Shown here: piece after piece, positions 44,704-54,399 of the stretch
Numbering within the stretch: position 1 is the stretch's first letter
How the letters are laid out: each line of letters opens with the position of its first letter
Origin: a virus
Taxonomy: Duplodnaviria; Caudoviricetes
Virus record (IMG/VR): IMGVR_UViG_3300042866_001263
DNA length: 64,000 nt
Reading direction: 5' to 3' (one strand)
Translations under genes and position numbers: made by a program
Notes under the pieces: model-generated
Seen by the model: the letters and a program-made list of their open reading frames with translations, nothing else
Told to the model about the DNA's origin: nothing
Database searches by the model: none

Positions 44704-45395
44704 AATTATTTAATCATGTTGGTGCTCTGACGCCAATTGAACTGGATGCTGTGATGGTAGACGGTAAGCGTTTATATCCAACACCCGATGGACAATTTCC
44801 GTCAGTCACTACCGTGATTGGTAATAACAAGGAAAAGATGGCAGGTATTAGTCGTTGGAGACAACGAGTGGGCGAGGAGAAAGCTAACAGTATTTCTGCT
44901 CGCTCCACTAATCGAGGAACAAAGTATCACTCTATTGTTGAAGACTATTTCAATAACATTCTGGACCTCAAAAAATACCAAAAGTTTCCTCTACCAGTGT
45001 TGATGTTTCAACACAGTCGTGATGTTCTTGATCGGATAAATAACATATACCTTCAGGAAGCCGCCCTGTACTCTAAACATCTTGAGTTAGCAGGTCGTGT
45101 AGATTGTATCGCTGAGTTTGATGGTGAGTTATCTATTATTGATTTCAAAACTGCTGCAGAACCAAAGCGAGAACAATACCTTTACGATTACTTTGTTCAG
45201 GAAACAGCATACGCTTGTATGTTTCAGGAACTTTATGGTTTGCGAGTAAAACAACTCGTGACAATCGTTGCTTGTGAAAATGGAGAAACTCAAGTCAAGG
45301 TGCTTCCACCTAAGAAAGAATATTTCATCAAACTGATGAGTTACATTTCAGAATACCAGGAACGATATGGACAAAAAACAATTATTAGAGGATAA
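44700..45395 (+). CDS. PD-(D/E)xK exonuclease
   Basis: PSVTTV, RGTKYH, AGRVDCIAE..IIDFKT, QETAYA. Confidence 0.85.
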   Translation: MKLFNHVGALTPIELDAVMVDGKRLYPTPDGQFPSVTTVIGNNKEKMAGISRWRQRVGEEKANSISARSTNRGTKYHSIVEDYFNNILDLKKYQKFPLPVLMFQHSRDVLDRINNIYLQEAALYSKHLELAGRVDCIAEFDGELSIIDFKTAAEPKREQYLYDYFVQETAYACMFQELYGLRVKQLVTIVACENGETQVKVLPPKKEYFIKLMSYISEYQERYGQKTIIRG

Positions 45396-45621
45396 ATTTA
45401 TGACATCTGCGAAATTCTCGCAGGAAGTGGAAAAGATTGCTCTAAACAATCCAGATATGAATTATATTGATTCGGTTATCCACTATTGCGAGACAAATGA
45501 AATTGAAATAGATAGTGTAGGTAAGTTGATTAGCAAACCTCTAAAGGAAAAGATCCGCCATGAGGCACAACAACTCAACTTCATCAAGAAAACAAGTCGT
45601 GCCAAGTTGATGTTAGTATGA
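45367..45621 (+). CDS. gp33: Late transcription co-activator
   Basis: YIDSVIHYCE..ISKPLKEKI..AQQLNF. Confidence 0.85.
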   Translation: MDKKQLLEDKFMTSAKFSQEVEKIALNNPDMNYIDSVIHYCETNEIEIDSVGKLISKPLKEKIRHEAQQLNFIKKTSRAKLMLV

Positions 45622-45959
45622 GCTTCTTTCAATCAGAATTAGTCCGTGGTGACATTCAAGAGATGGTGGAACTGCAACAGTTCTGCTTTCGTTCTGCAAT
45701 GAACTTTGTTCTTCTTGATCATGAAAGGAAAGTAGAATACTTTGATGCTCTCGAAAGACTAGTAGAGAAGCAGAAAGTATTTTATTATCGTATCAAACTT
45801 AGCGATGATCCTGAAGCTAAATCTGTTTGTGAAACGATGAAGCAAGGTGTTATCATGTTAGGTGCGACACCTGGAACACCAATTGAAGATATGTTTAATG
45901 AACTTTTGGAGAGAGTTCGCTTCATGAAAGACAAATTGAAAAGTGGCACAGGGGATTGA
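45618..45959 (+). CDS. DUF1825-like conserved cyanophage protein
   Basis: MSFFQSELVR..KQKVFYYRIKLSDDPEA. Confidence 0.7.
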   Translation: MSFFQSELVRGDIQEMVELQQFCFRSAMNFVLLDHERKVEYFDALERLVEKQKVFYYRIKLSDDPEAKSVCETMKQGVIMLGATPGTPIEDMFNELLERVRFMKDKLKSGTGD

Positions 45960-46040
45960 CACCCGACCCTGTGCCCTGCTATTATGAGTAAGTGATTGGG
46001 CGTCACACAAACCAAATCCAAACAAATCCGAGGTAATCCT

Positions 46041-46949
46041 ATGTCCTTTGCTGATCTTAAGCGCAAATCCCAGAACAACTTTGAGTTCCTCCAGAAGGAA
46101 CTTGAGAAGTCTGCCAGTGGTAAAAACGTTGATGAACGTTTCTGGAAACCAGAAGTTGATGCTGCTGGTAATGGTTATGCCGTGATCCGTTTTCTGCCTG
46201 CTCCTGAAGGGGAGACTGTGCCGTGGGCGAAAGTCTATTCCCACGCCTTCCAAGGTCCTGGTGGATGGTATATTGAAAACTCCCTGACTACTCTTAACGA
46301 GAAAGATCCCGTTGGTGAAGTCAACCGTCGTCTGTGGAACAGCGGTGGTGATGATGATAAAGAGACTGCCCGTAAGCAAAAGCGTAAGCTCTCTTACTAC
46401 AGCAACGTCTATGTTGTGAAGGATCCTAAGAACCCTGACAACGAGGGTAAGGTGTTCCTCTATAAGTATGGCAAGAAGATCCATGATAAGATCCTGACTG
46501 CTATGCAACCTGAGTTCCAAGATGAAACCCCTGTAAATGTGTTTGATCTTTGGGAAGGTGCTAACTTCAAACTGAAGATCAAGAAGGTTGCTGGTTACTG
46601 GAACTACGATAGTTCTGAGTTCGATAGTGTCTCTGCTCTCTCTGCAGATGATACTGCACTTGAGAAGATCTGGAAGAGTGAATACTCGCTCGCAGCTTTC
46701 ACTGCTGCTGATAACTTCAAGACCTACGAAGAACTAGAAGCACGACTGAACCTTGTGCTTGGTGTTACTTCCCGTCCTGCTCGTCCTTCCTACAGTGAAG
46801 ATGAGGAAGACTTCGAACCAGTTGCTGAAGCACCTGCATCTTCATTCCGATCTCGTGTTACTGCTGTTCCTACTCCTGTGAAGGAAGAAGCAGTCGTGGA
46901 TGATGACGATGCTCTCAGTTACTTCGCTCGCCTTGCTGAAGAAGACTGA
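46041..46949 (+). CDS. gp32: Single-stranded DNA-binding protein
   Basis: MSFADLK, GNGYAVIRFLP, YIENSLTT, YGKKI, GANFKLK, acidic tail; promoter TTGACA-18-TATTAT at 45956-45985. Confidence 0.95.
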   Translation: MSFADLKRKSQNNFEFLQKELEKSASGKNVDERFWKPEVDAAGNGYAVIRFLPAPEGETVPWAKVYSHAFQGPGGWYIENSLTTLNEKDPVGEVNRRLWNSGGDDDKETARKQKRKLSYYSNVYVVKDPKNPDNEGKVFLYKYGKKIHDKILTAMQPEFQDETPVNVFDLWEGANFKLKIKKVAGYWNYDSSEFDSVSALSADDTALEKIWKSEYSLAAFTAADNFKTYEELEARLNLVLGVTSRPARPSYSEDEEDFEPVAEAPASSFRSRVTAVPTPVKEEAVVDDDDALSYFARLAEED

Positions 46950-46974
46950 TTTCAAAATAGAAACCTGATTTTCG

Positions 46975-47007
46975 TTGGCGGGAAAAAAATTTTCCGCCAA
47001 TTTTTTT
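46975..47007. terminator. Hairpin terminator between convergent gp32 and gp53
   Basis: TTGGCGG-GAAAA..TTTTC-CGCCAA followed by T7. Confidence 0.7.
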
Positions 47008-47018
47008 GTCTAAAAAGT

Positions 47019-47648
47019 TCAACCAGTTTTCTTTAGCTGCTGAGTAACATAGTTACCAGACTTCTTGTAGAGATTTTGCTTTCTGAAATCATCTACAAAT
47101 GACTGTAGATATCTTGGTTTTAGAAGATATACCTTTCTTTTTTTCTCATTCTCTGCTGTGTAATGCTCAATGATTGTAACTGGTCTACACAATTCGTTTC
47201 CAGATTTAGTTACAATTTGACCATTTACGTTTAGTTTATGTGTTTTGTTGTAGAATGCTTGATCTACATGCAATCCATCAGGATATGGACCATATTCATA
47301 AGTTTCGTAGTGATGAATGGTGCCATATGGGTCGCTGAATTCTTTTTCTACTACCTTGGACAATTCATAATTAGTCATTGGCCAGTCGTACTGAGCATTG
47401 ACCATGTTGTTTGTTAGTAAGATAACCCAATCATAGAATGGATTGCCATATAGTTTGTCTGCTAATGTATCTGGTCTTTCACCATCGTTGATTGTATATT
47501 TTGTGAAGAATACAACGTAAGAGAATACTTCATCATTAACTTTGTATCTACGAAAGAAGTTCTTAGCAGTAATGAAGTCTGCTTCAGAGAAAGGATAACT
47601 GATTGGTTTCTCATCGTATGAGATATTGGGAACGATTGAAAAAAACAT
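47019..47648 (-). CDS. gp53: Baseplate wedge subunit
   Basis: DGERPDTLADKLYG..YDWVILL.N. Confidence 0.85.
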   Translation of the reverse strand: MFFSIVPNISYDEKPISYPFSEADFITAKNFFRRYKVNDEVFSYVVFFTKYTINDGERPDTLADKLYGNPFYDWVILLTNNMVNAQYDWPMTNYELSKVVEKEFSDPYGTIHHYETYEYGPYPDGLHVDQAFYNKTHKLNVNGQIVTKSGNELCRPVTIIEHYTAENEKKRKVYLLKPRYLQSFVDDFRKQNLYKKSGNYVTQQLKKTG

Positions 47649-47649
47649 T

Positions 47650-48741
47650 TTAGTATCCTGCGTCTACGTCTTCTCTGAAGATGAGTTTTGTTTCTTGGAA
47701 GTTTAAACTCATTTGATAAGCAACCATGCGACCATCTCTTGTTGTGGAATATGCTCCATCTGGAGTATAATTTACATCAACCTGAGTAAGGGCACACATT
47801 TTATACTGTGGTACATTCTTATTTAAGTCCGAACCTCTCATGAATGTAACTTTTACTAAGTCGGGGACTTTAATAAATCCAGATTGATAACCTATACTAT
47901 CAAATGATTCTTTCAAAGCTTCTGCTCCAGAATTAGCATAGGGAAGCATTGCTTTTTTAAATGTTGTAATAATTTCCTCTATTTGATTAGCTTCGCCTTC
48001 ACTTCTTGGAACTAATTTATACGATAGTGTAAAATTTCTCAGATCCAATCCAGTAAATAATAACTCTGTATTTGGATTGAGAATTACTCCACGAGTACTT
48101 GAAAAAATATCATCTAAAGAAACACTTTCGCCAGTAATTTTGCCAATTGCTGCTGATATTAATTGAGCTCCAGCGATTGTTGTAAATCTATCCAAACCTT
48201 CATTTGCAGTTTCTCCAAAACTTTTGAGTTTTGCCATCATACCTTCACCACCAACAGTTCTCAAAATTCCAGCACCAATATTACTGAAGTTTTTACCAGT
48301 CCAGTTTGCCTTGAAACCAGTTGATATATCTTCTGGCATGTATAGAATAACTGATCCTAAACCAGTTGAATTATATTGCTCAACGGAAGAGTTATACTTT
48401 GCTAAAGATTCTAATCCAAAAGCAGAAGTGCTGCCATCATTTTTAAAAGGAGGATTGTATTCAAAAAATTCAAAAACTACATAATCAGTTTCTGCGCCTA
48501 TTCCTGGTTCACTTGGATAACGTAATGTTGTTTTACTAGCTGTTGATGCGTTTATGCCAGATGCTTTTGGACCAGATATAGTAATTTTTTCTTGATCTTT
48601 TTTTGAATTGGCATTACTTTCAGCATTTGCTACGCCAGCTGGTTTGGAAATACCGCCAGGATTAGTTCCAATTGTTTCGCTTTTTGTTTTAGATCCCCCA
48701 GTTCCTGGGGGATTTGGATTTGCTCCTGGTGTGCCAGCCAT
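47650..48741 (-). CDS. gp48: Baseplate tail-tube cap
   Basis: LNPNTELLF..RNFTLSYKLVPRS..EA; CALTQVDVNYTPDG. Confidence 0.8.
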   Translation of the reverse strand: MAGTPGANPNPPGTGGSKTKSETIGTNPGGISKPAGVANAESNANSKKDQEKITISGPKASGINASTASKTTLRYPSEPGIGAETDYVVFEFFEYNPPFKNDGSTSAFGLESLAKYNSSVEQYNSTGLGSVILYMPEDISTGFKANWTGKNFSNIGAGILRTVGGEGMMAKLKSFGETANEGLDRFTTIAGAQLISAAIGKITGESVSLDDIFSSTRGVILNPNTELLFTGLDLRNFTLSYKLVPRSEGEANQIEEIITTFKKAMLPYANSGAEALKESFDSIGYQSGFIKVPDLVKVTFMRGSDLNKNVPQYKMCALTQVDVNYTPDGAYSTTRDGRMVAYQMSLNFQETKLIFREDVDAGY

Positions 48742-49427
48742 TACTTGCTCATCTCTCTACTTTGTTTTGTTCCGTATCCTTTGATAACTACGTGACCAGT
48801 AAGTTTGTCATAGTATTTGTCAAGCGTTTCCCTCCATACTTCTTCTTTGTTGATTGGAAACTTGATGCCATTCACATCTTTGACAAAATCTTCTGTTGGC
48901 AGAAGAATGGCAGTATCCCATTCAGCAGAGGCAAGATCAATATACAGTCCCTGGACATGATTGTGTATGTATTTATGGAAACATACCTTGGGTATGTCAA
49001 TTTTACCTTCCATTAACTTCTTCACACAAAGTATTCTTTTTTTAATGGGAAGGTAGTGTAAGTTAGCACCCCAGAATTCTTCTTTTGAAGATTTGATTAC
49101 ATAAACAAGAGGAAATCGATCATAATAAGGCAACCATTTCATTTTTGCCTTGTACTCATACATGTAAAGGTGACCTTCGACGACATACTTTCTCAACTCG
49201 TTCTGGTCTTGCTGCTTGGCAATTCCTCCCTTGTCACCTTTCTCATCTAATACATACTTATCAAAATTTTTCTTGTATTTTCCTGCTTCTGATTTGACAG
49301 CAGAAAGATACCAACTATAACTTTTCTTTTCTCCACCAGTTGCTGTTGTTACTCTTTCAAAGAGTGTTTTGTATCCTGGTTCTTTATTAACTTTGTTTTT
49401 TTGAATTTCTGAGAATCCTTGTGCCAT
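48741..49427 (-). CDS. gp2: DNA end protector protein
   Basis: YDRFPLV..FWGANLHYL. Confidence 0.85.
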   Translation of the reverse strand: MAQGFSEIQKNKVNKEPGYKTLFERVTTATGGEKKSYSWYLSAVKSEAGKYKKNFDKYVLDEKGDKGGIAKQQDQNELRKYVVEGHLYMYEYKAKMKWLPYYDRFPLVYVIKSSKEEFWGANLHYLPIKKRILCVKKLMEGKIDIPKVCFHKYIHNHVQGLYIDLASAEWDTAILLPTEDFVKDVNGIKFPINKEEVWRETLDKYYDKLTGHVVIKGYGTKQSREMSK

Positions 49428-49429
49428 TG

Positions 49430-49861
49430 TTATACTCCTAAATGGTCTTCGGTGAGTATCAAGAAGTTCATCTGCCTGTCTTCACAATACTCACGAGCAG
49501 CGGACCATTTAGCTTGGTTCTTTGCGAATGTTAAAACTGCATTACGATAGGCAGTAGTACGTTTATTTTTTTCATTCGGGGGTTGTGTTTGTCTTTTGGG
49601 TTTGATCTCGATAATATATTTGCTTATCGCTCCAGTTTTTTCACGAACTTTAATATAAAAATCTGGATAGTATCGTCTCACTTTTCCATCGGGAGCACGA
49701 TATGGGATGATTACCTCTTCGCTTCCCCACTCCATTATCGAGGGGTTGTTATCACAGAACACCATGAACTTTCGTTCCCATAGCGACCTATAGATAACAC
49801 GAGTTGGATTTCCACGATACTTACTAGGATTTACAGGTTTGTATAACCCAGAGTATGCCAT
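49430..49861 (-). CDS. gp4: Head completion nuclease
   Basis: Start ATG 49861 (MAYSGLYKP); YRSLWERKFM..WGSEE..YYPDF. Confidence 0.9.
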   Translation of the reverse strand: MAYSGLYKPVNPSKYRGNPTRVIYRSLWERKFMVFCDNNPSIMEWGSEEVIIPYRAPDGKVRRYYPDFYIKVREKTGAISKYIIEIKPKRQTQPPNEKNKRTTAYRNAVLTFAKNQAKWSAAREYCEDRQMNFLILTEDHLGV

Positions 49862-49889
49862 AAATATAGTTGTACCAACATAGGTATTT
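49859..49889. promoter_or_regulatory. Overlapping divergent late promoters for gp54 (+) and gp4 (-)
   Basis: ATAAATA on + at 49860-49866; TAAATA on - at 49884-49889. Confidence 0.55.
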
Positions 49890-49892
49890 AGC

Positions 49893-50630
49893 GTGTCAGT
49901 AAATAACTTCATCAATACTATTGCTAAGTATGGCGGAATGTCATACAGTAATAACTTTGAGGTTAAGTTCATTAATCCAAAAGTTACTTTTAATGAGTTA
50001 GATACAATCGTCTCATTATTTTGTGATGAGGCACAATTGCCCAATAGTAATACTGCCCAGGGATCCGTTAATGGATTGTATGTTGGCAGTGGCACTGTCC
50101 AGTATCCACATACACGAGTGTATACTGAGATACAACTTGGATTTATGTTGGATGCTAATCTATCAGCACTAAAATTTTTAAATAAGTGGTTGGATTTTAT
50201 TTTTAGTGGCGATGGTAAGTTAGGAACTGTTCAAGAATGGCAGGATCAGCAAAATAATAAATCTTTAGCGCAATTACAATCTTTAGCAACGACAAGTATA
50301 CGACCAGAAAATAGAGCAGTGCGTCTCAAGTATAGAAATGAATATGCTTGTACTATGTTGATCAGTAAAACGGAGCAAGGACCATACGCAGCAAATCAAA
50401 GAGCTCCAATTACATATGTTCTAGAAAATGCGTATCCATATGCTATTGACGCCATACCACTATCATATGGCAACTCTCAGATAACAAAGGTATCAGCTCA
50501 ATTCTCATATTCAAGACATTATACTGTTCCAAATAATATTACATCTGTTGCTGGAACTCTTGGTGGAATGTACAATCCAACGCAGAGAAGACAAGTTGAA
50601 CAGAGGGTTGTTCCTGGAAAACAAAATTGA
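49893..50630 (+). CDS. gp54: Tail-tube initiator (gp54/gp19-like)
   Basis: SNNFEV, CDEAQLP, YPHTRVY, NAYPYAI..LSYG..FSY. Confidence 0.7.
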   Translation: MSVNNFINTIAKYGGMSYSNNFEVKFINPKVTFNELDTIVSLFCDEAQLPNSNTAQGSVNGLYVGSGTVQYPHTRVYTEIQLGFMLDANLSALKFLNKWLDFIFSGDGKLGTVQEWQDQQNNKSLAQLQSLATTSIRPENRAVRLKYRNEYACTMLISKTEQGPYAANQRAPITYVLENAYPYAIDAIPLSYGNSQITKVSAQFSYSRHYTVPNNITSVAGTLGGMYNPTQRRQVEQRVVPGKQN

Positions 50631-50722
50631 TTTTTCAATTACATGAAATTGGAAAAAAATTTTCCGCCAAAAAATCGTTAAAAAAGACGAACTAAATATA
50701 CATATGATCTGGTCTAAACATA

Positions 50723-51439
50723 ATGGCATTACCACAAGTTGTTCTTCCAACGTATGAGTTGGAAATCCCTTCATCTGGCAAAAAAATCAAATATCGCCCA
50801 TTTGTAGTAAAAGAAGAGAAACTACTTTTGCTGGCACTAGAGACAAATGATGAAAAGCAAGTAGAAGATGCTTTGAAGACTTTATTGAAAGGATGTATCC
50901 AAACAAAAGGCGTCAAAATCGAAGAATTAGCATCATTTGATCTGGAATACATTTTTCTTCAAATTCGTGCTGTTTCTGTTGGTGAAGTCGTTGAGATGAA
51001 TATCACTTGTAGAGATGATGAAGAAACAGTGGTGAAATATAATCTCAATTTGCTTGAAGTAAAGGTAACAAAACCAGAAGGACATTCTAATAAAATTGAA
51101 TTGACTGATAAAATGGGTGTAATTATGAAATACCCAGCATTTGATGATTTTGTGAAAAATTCTATTTTAGGTACTTCAGTAACTGCTGATGGTGTAATTG
51201 AAAATATCGCTTCTTGTATTGATCAGATTTATGATGGTGAAGAAGTCTATGATAGTTCAACGACAAGCAAAAAGGAATTTGTAGATTTTGTTGAAGGCTT
51301 CACAAATCAACAATTTGAGAAAGTTCAGCAGTTTTTCAACGATACTCCAAGACTAGAACATACGTTTTCTATCAAAAATCCCACAACTGGAGTTGTGTCA
51401 GAATACACTATTTCGGGACTAACAAATTTTTTCGGATAG
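50723..51439 (+). CDS. gp26: Baseplate hub subunit / assembly chaperone
   Basis: YELEIPSSGKKIKYRPFVVKEEKLLL, FDLEYIFLQIRAVSVGE, GLTNFF. Confidence 0.9.
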   Translation: MALPQVVLPTYELEIPSSGKKIKYRPFVVKEEKLLLLALETNDEKQVEDALKTLLKGCIQTKGVKIEELASFDLEYIFLQIRAVSVGEVVEMNITCRDDEETVVKYNLNLLEVKVTKPEGHSNKIELTDKMGVIMKYPAFDDFVKNSILGTSVTADGVIENIASCIDQIYDGEEVYDSSTTSKKEFVDFVEGFTNQQFEKVQQFFNDTPRLEHTFSIKNPTTGVVSEYTISGLTNFFG

Positions 51440-51615
51440 CACTCTTCCATAATAGTTTGGAAGGGTATTATAAAACCAACTTTGCCTTGATGCAGCACCA
51501 TAAATATAGCTTGATCGAGATTGAAAATATGATGCCTTGGGAGAGACAAGTTTATACTACTCTTTTAATGCAATACTTGGAACAAGTTAGACAAGAACAA
51601 GAACGAGCAGCGTAA
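51436..51615 (+). CDS. gp51: Baseplate hub assembly protein in the -1 frame, no ATG before its conserved core; not in track
   Basis: IALFHNSLEGYYKTNFALMQHHKYSLIEIENMMPWERQVY..; possible TTG start at 51457. Confidence 0.8.
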   Translation: MALFHNSLEGYYKTNFALMQHHKYSLIEIENMMPWERQVYTTLLMQYLEQVRQEQERAA

Positions 51616-51620
51616 AGCTA

Positions 51621-54395
51621 ATGGCACACGGTTTTCTTACACCACAATCAGTATCTGGAGACAGATTTTGGCAAAATCCAAGGGATCTTTATAATTTATA
51701 TAAAAGAATAAAAGAACTTCTTCCAAAAAAGCAAGGTGGACCAGAAGAAAAAGGTGGATCTTTAGCAACAACACAAAAAGGTGGAATTGTTGATGAAGGA
51801 TTAAAGGCAGTAAGAGTTACTGATATCGGTAGTTCAAATCAACCACCAGCACTAAAAATGCTAAACCAGTCTGCTGTTGCTGGTTTTCTAAAATCTGGAA
51901 TTCCATCATTATCACCTGGAGGTCCAGGTGGTGTATCACCAACAAAAGGTGGAACTTTTACAAATATTCCTGGCATTTCTGCTGCTCCAAAAAAATTAGA
52001 TAGTGAAGCGTTTTTTAAAGCAGCACAAACTGGAGTAGATCCACAAACTGGGAGATACTTAACTTCAGAAGAGAGAAAAGAATATTTAAAGAAATCAAAA
52101 GCACAAATGAATGCTACTGCGAGTGTAGCATCTGCTGGAGCTTCAGGTATTTCAAGTGCTTCACTAGTAACGAAAGGTGATGCGGCAGTTGTAGGATCTG
52201 TAGAAAATCTCACAAATGTAGTTGGTTCTCTAGTTGACGCTGTAAAAGCACAGACAGCAGCAGATAAGCAAATTGCTCAAAATGCAAAAGCATCGGCAGA
52301 AAAGATAGCGAATAGATCTTTAGCAAGAGATGAAGAAAAGGCGTTAGAAGCAGGATCTGATAATTCTGGTTTTATCACACCAACTGGTGGTTTGGGATCA
52401 CTTACTGGCGGCAATCGTGGCGGTGGAGGCGGTGGATTAGGACTAGGAACTGCTCTGGGTGCCGCTGGAAAGATTATTGGTAAAGCTGCTCCTGGTGTTG
52501 GCGCCAGGGGCGTTGCTAGGGCATTACCTAGGGCAGGAGCAGCAGTTGCTGGTAAAGGTGGCGCCAAGGCATTAATGAAAATGGGAGGAAAAACAGCAGC
52601 AAGAATGATCCCAGGTGCTCAAACAGCAATCGGTCTCGGTTTAGCGGGTGAAGCACTAAGTAGGGGAGATATCTTAGGTGCTGCTTTATCAGCAGGATCT
52701 GCTATTCCAGGACCAATTGGATGGGGATTTCTAGCAGCTGATGTTGCTAGAGATTTAACTGGTGGTCAAGGAAAAGGATATGCTAGTGGTGGATTGGTAA
52801 CTGGTGGTAATAGAAGCGTTATTGATGATGTGCCAATTCGTGCCGATGAAGGTGAAGTGGTGATGAGTAATGCCGCTGGTAATACTTGGGGAAGAAGCAC
52901 GTTGTTGGCAATGAATGCCATGGGTGGAGGATCGAATAAACCAACTGGAGGTAGAGGGTATGCTGAAGGTGGTTTAGTTGGTGGAGATAAAGCAAAATCC
53001 AAACAAATGTTTAGATTGTTTGGTGAAGGAATGATTGATGCTCAAAAAGCAAATAGTAGAGATTTTGCGAGAATTCAATCTCAAGGATTGAGGCAATATT
53101 ATGAAAATGAGGGTGGTTTCGAAAAAATGGGAAAAGGTCTTGCTGATGTTTGGGGAAAAATTAAAGGTTTTATGGGTGGATTATTCAGTGCTTTAACTGG
53201 TGGAAGTGCGGCTGCAGCAACAGGAAATCCAGCAGATTATCTTACTGGAGGTGGAGATTTTAGTGGATCTAGCGGACAAGCTCAGGCAATGAATTATTTC
53301 ATGAGCCAAGGTTTAACGAAAGATCAGGCAGCTGGAATTGTTGGTAACTTGATGCAGGAATCAACTGCTGCTATTGATCCAAAGGCAAAAAATGCTTCTG
53401 GACATCGTGGAATTGCTCAGTGGGATGCTAATAGATGGGGCAATTTTGAAAAATGGGCTAAGACAAATAAATTGGATGTTAATAGCAGAGAAGCACAACT
53501 CCAATGGATCATGGAAGAGATGCGAACTGGTTCTGGTGGTTTGAGTTTAAAAACTCTTAAAGGAGCAAAGACTTCTAGAGAAGCTGCTGATCTATTCTTG
53601 ACTAGATTTGAAAGATCTGGAGAAAAAGCAGGATCGGCAGGATATGAAAATAGAATGAACAATGCTGCTAAACTTGCTGCTATTAAAGATTTTGGTAGTA
53701 CTATGGGAGCTGGTGGCGGATCAAAATTAGAAAAAGATATTCTTGCTTTTAGACAAGCTAGAACTAAATTTAAGGTTAGTGGAAATAGAGTTGCTACAGA
53801 TGCGTCTTTTAATCTAGCAATTAGAGAACTTAGAGGAGCTTCTGGTGGATCTAGCATCAATCCACTGGCTGATGATAAAAGTTATCAGGATGTTCACAGA
53901 GGAGAAGCGCATAAAAAAGGATATGGATTTGACGTTCCTATTGCTAACAGAGAACAAGCTGAATTTGTAATTAATTTTTGGAGAGCAAGAGGATATGAAA
54001 CTATTCATGGTAGAGGAGAAGATCCAAGTGGAGGACATGATCACCATGTTCATGTTCAGGCTCCAAAGTCTAAAGCGAAAGAATTTTTAGAAGCAACTAA
54101 ACCAAAACCAAAACCAAAACCAGCACAAGGATCTCCAACAGCAGCACAAACAGGGGCAAGGACAAAAGCAGATTTGATGGGCAGTGCCCGTCAACCAACT
54201 CCTGCTGGACAACAGTTGTCACAAGCATCTACAGAGGATGCTATGACACAAAGAAGAAGAACCAAAGCAGATACAGTAGGAAACACAACAATTATTAATA
54301 ATAATGGTGGCGGTGGCGCTCAAGTAGCATCGGCAGGACCATCGGGTGGATCCAGTTCTATGGGACTGGCTGCTCTAGCACTAAGAGTATCGTAA
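51621..54395 (+). CDS. Tape-measure/baseplate hub-like protein with lysozyme and probable peptidase domains
   Basis: Long Ala/Gly-rich helical protein; AAGIVGNLMQES..GIAQW..FERS; HKKGYGFD..HVH. Confidence 0.7.
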   Translation: MAHGFLTPQSVSGDRFWQNPRDLYNLYKRIKELLPKKQGGPEEKGGSLATTQKGGIVDEGLKAVRVTDIGSSNQPPALKMLNQSAVAGFLKSGIPSLSPGGPGGVSPTKGGTFTNIPGISAAPKKLDSEAFFKAAQTGVDPQTGRYLTSEERKEYLKKSKAQMNATASVASAGASGISSASLVTKGDAAVVGSVENLTNVVGSLVDAVKAQTAADKQIAQNAKASAEKIANRSLARDEEKALEAGSDNSGFITPTGGLGSLTGGNRGGGGGGLGLGTALGAAGKIIGKAAPGVGARGVARALPRAGAAVAGKGGAKALMKMGGKTAARMIPGAQTAIGLGLAGEALSRGDILGAALSAGSAIPGPIGWGFLAADVARDLTGGQGKGYASGGLVTGGNRSVIDDVPIRADEGEVVMSNAAGNTWGRSTLLAMNAMGGGSNKPTGGRGYAEGGLVGGDKAKSKQMFRLFGEGMIDAQKANSRDFARIQSQGLRQYYENEGGFEKMGKGLADVWGKIKGFMGGLFSALTGGSAAAATGNPADYLTGGGDFSGSSGQAQAMNYFMSQGLTKDQAAGIVGNLMQESTAAIDPKAKNASGHRGIAQWDANRWGNFEKWAKTNKLDVNSREAQLQWIMEEMRTGSGGLSLKTLKGAKTSREAADLFLTRFERSGEKAGSAGYENRMNNAAKLAAIKDFGSTMGAGGGSKLEKDILAFRQARTKFKVSGNRVATDASFNLAIRELRGASGGSSINPLADDKSYQDVHRGEAHKKGYGFDVPIANREQAEFVINFWRARGYETIHGRGEDPSGGHDHHVHVQAPKSKAKEFLEATKPKPKPKPAQGSPTAAQTGARTKADLMGSARQPTPAGQQLSQASTEDAMTQRRRTKADTVGNTTIINNNGGGGAQVASAGPSGGSSSMGLAALALRVS

Positions 54396-54399
54396 TATC

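Noticed and set aside
49862-50095. N-terminal extension of gp4 in the ORF track
   Set aside because: It overlaps gp54 on the other strand; the conserved protein starts at MAYSG (49861).
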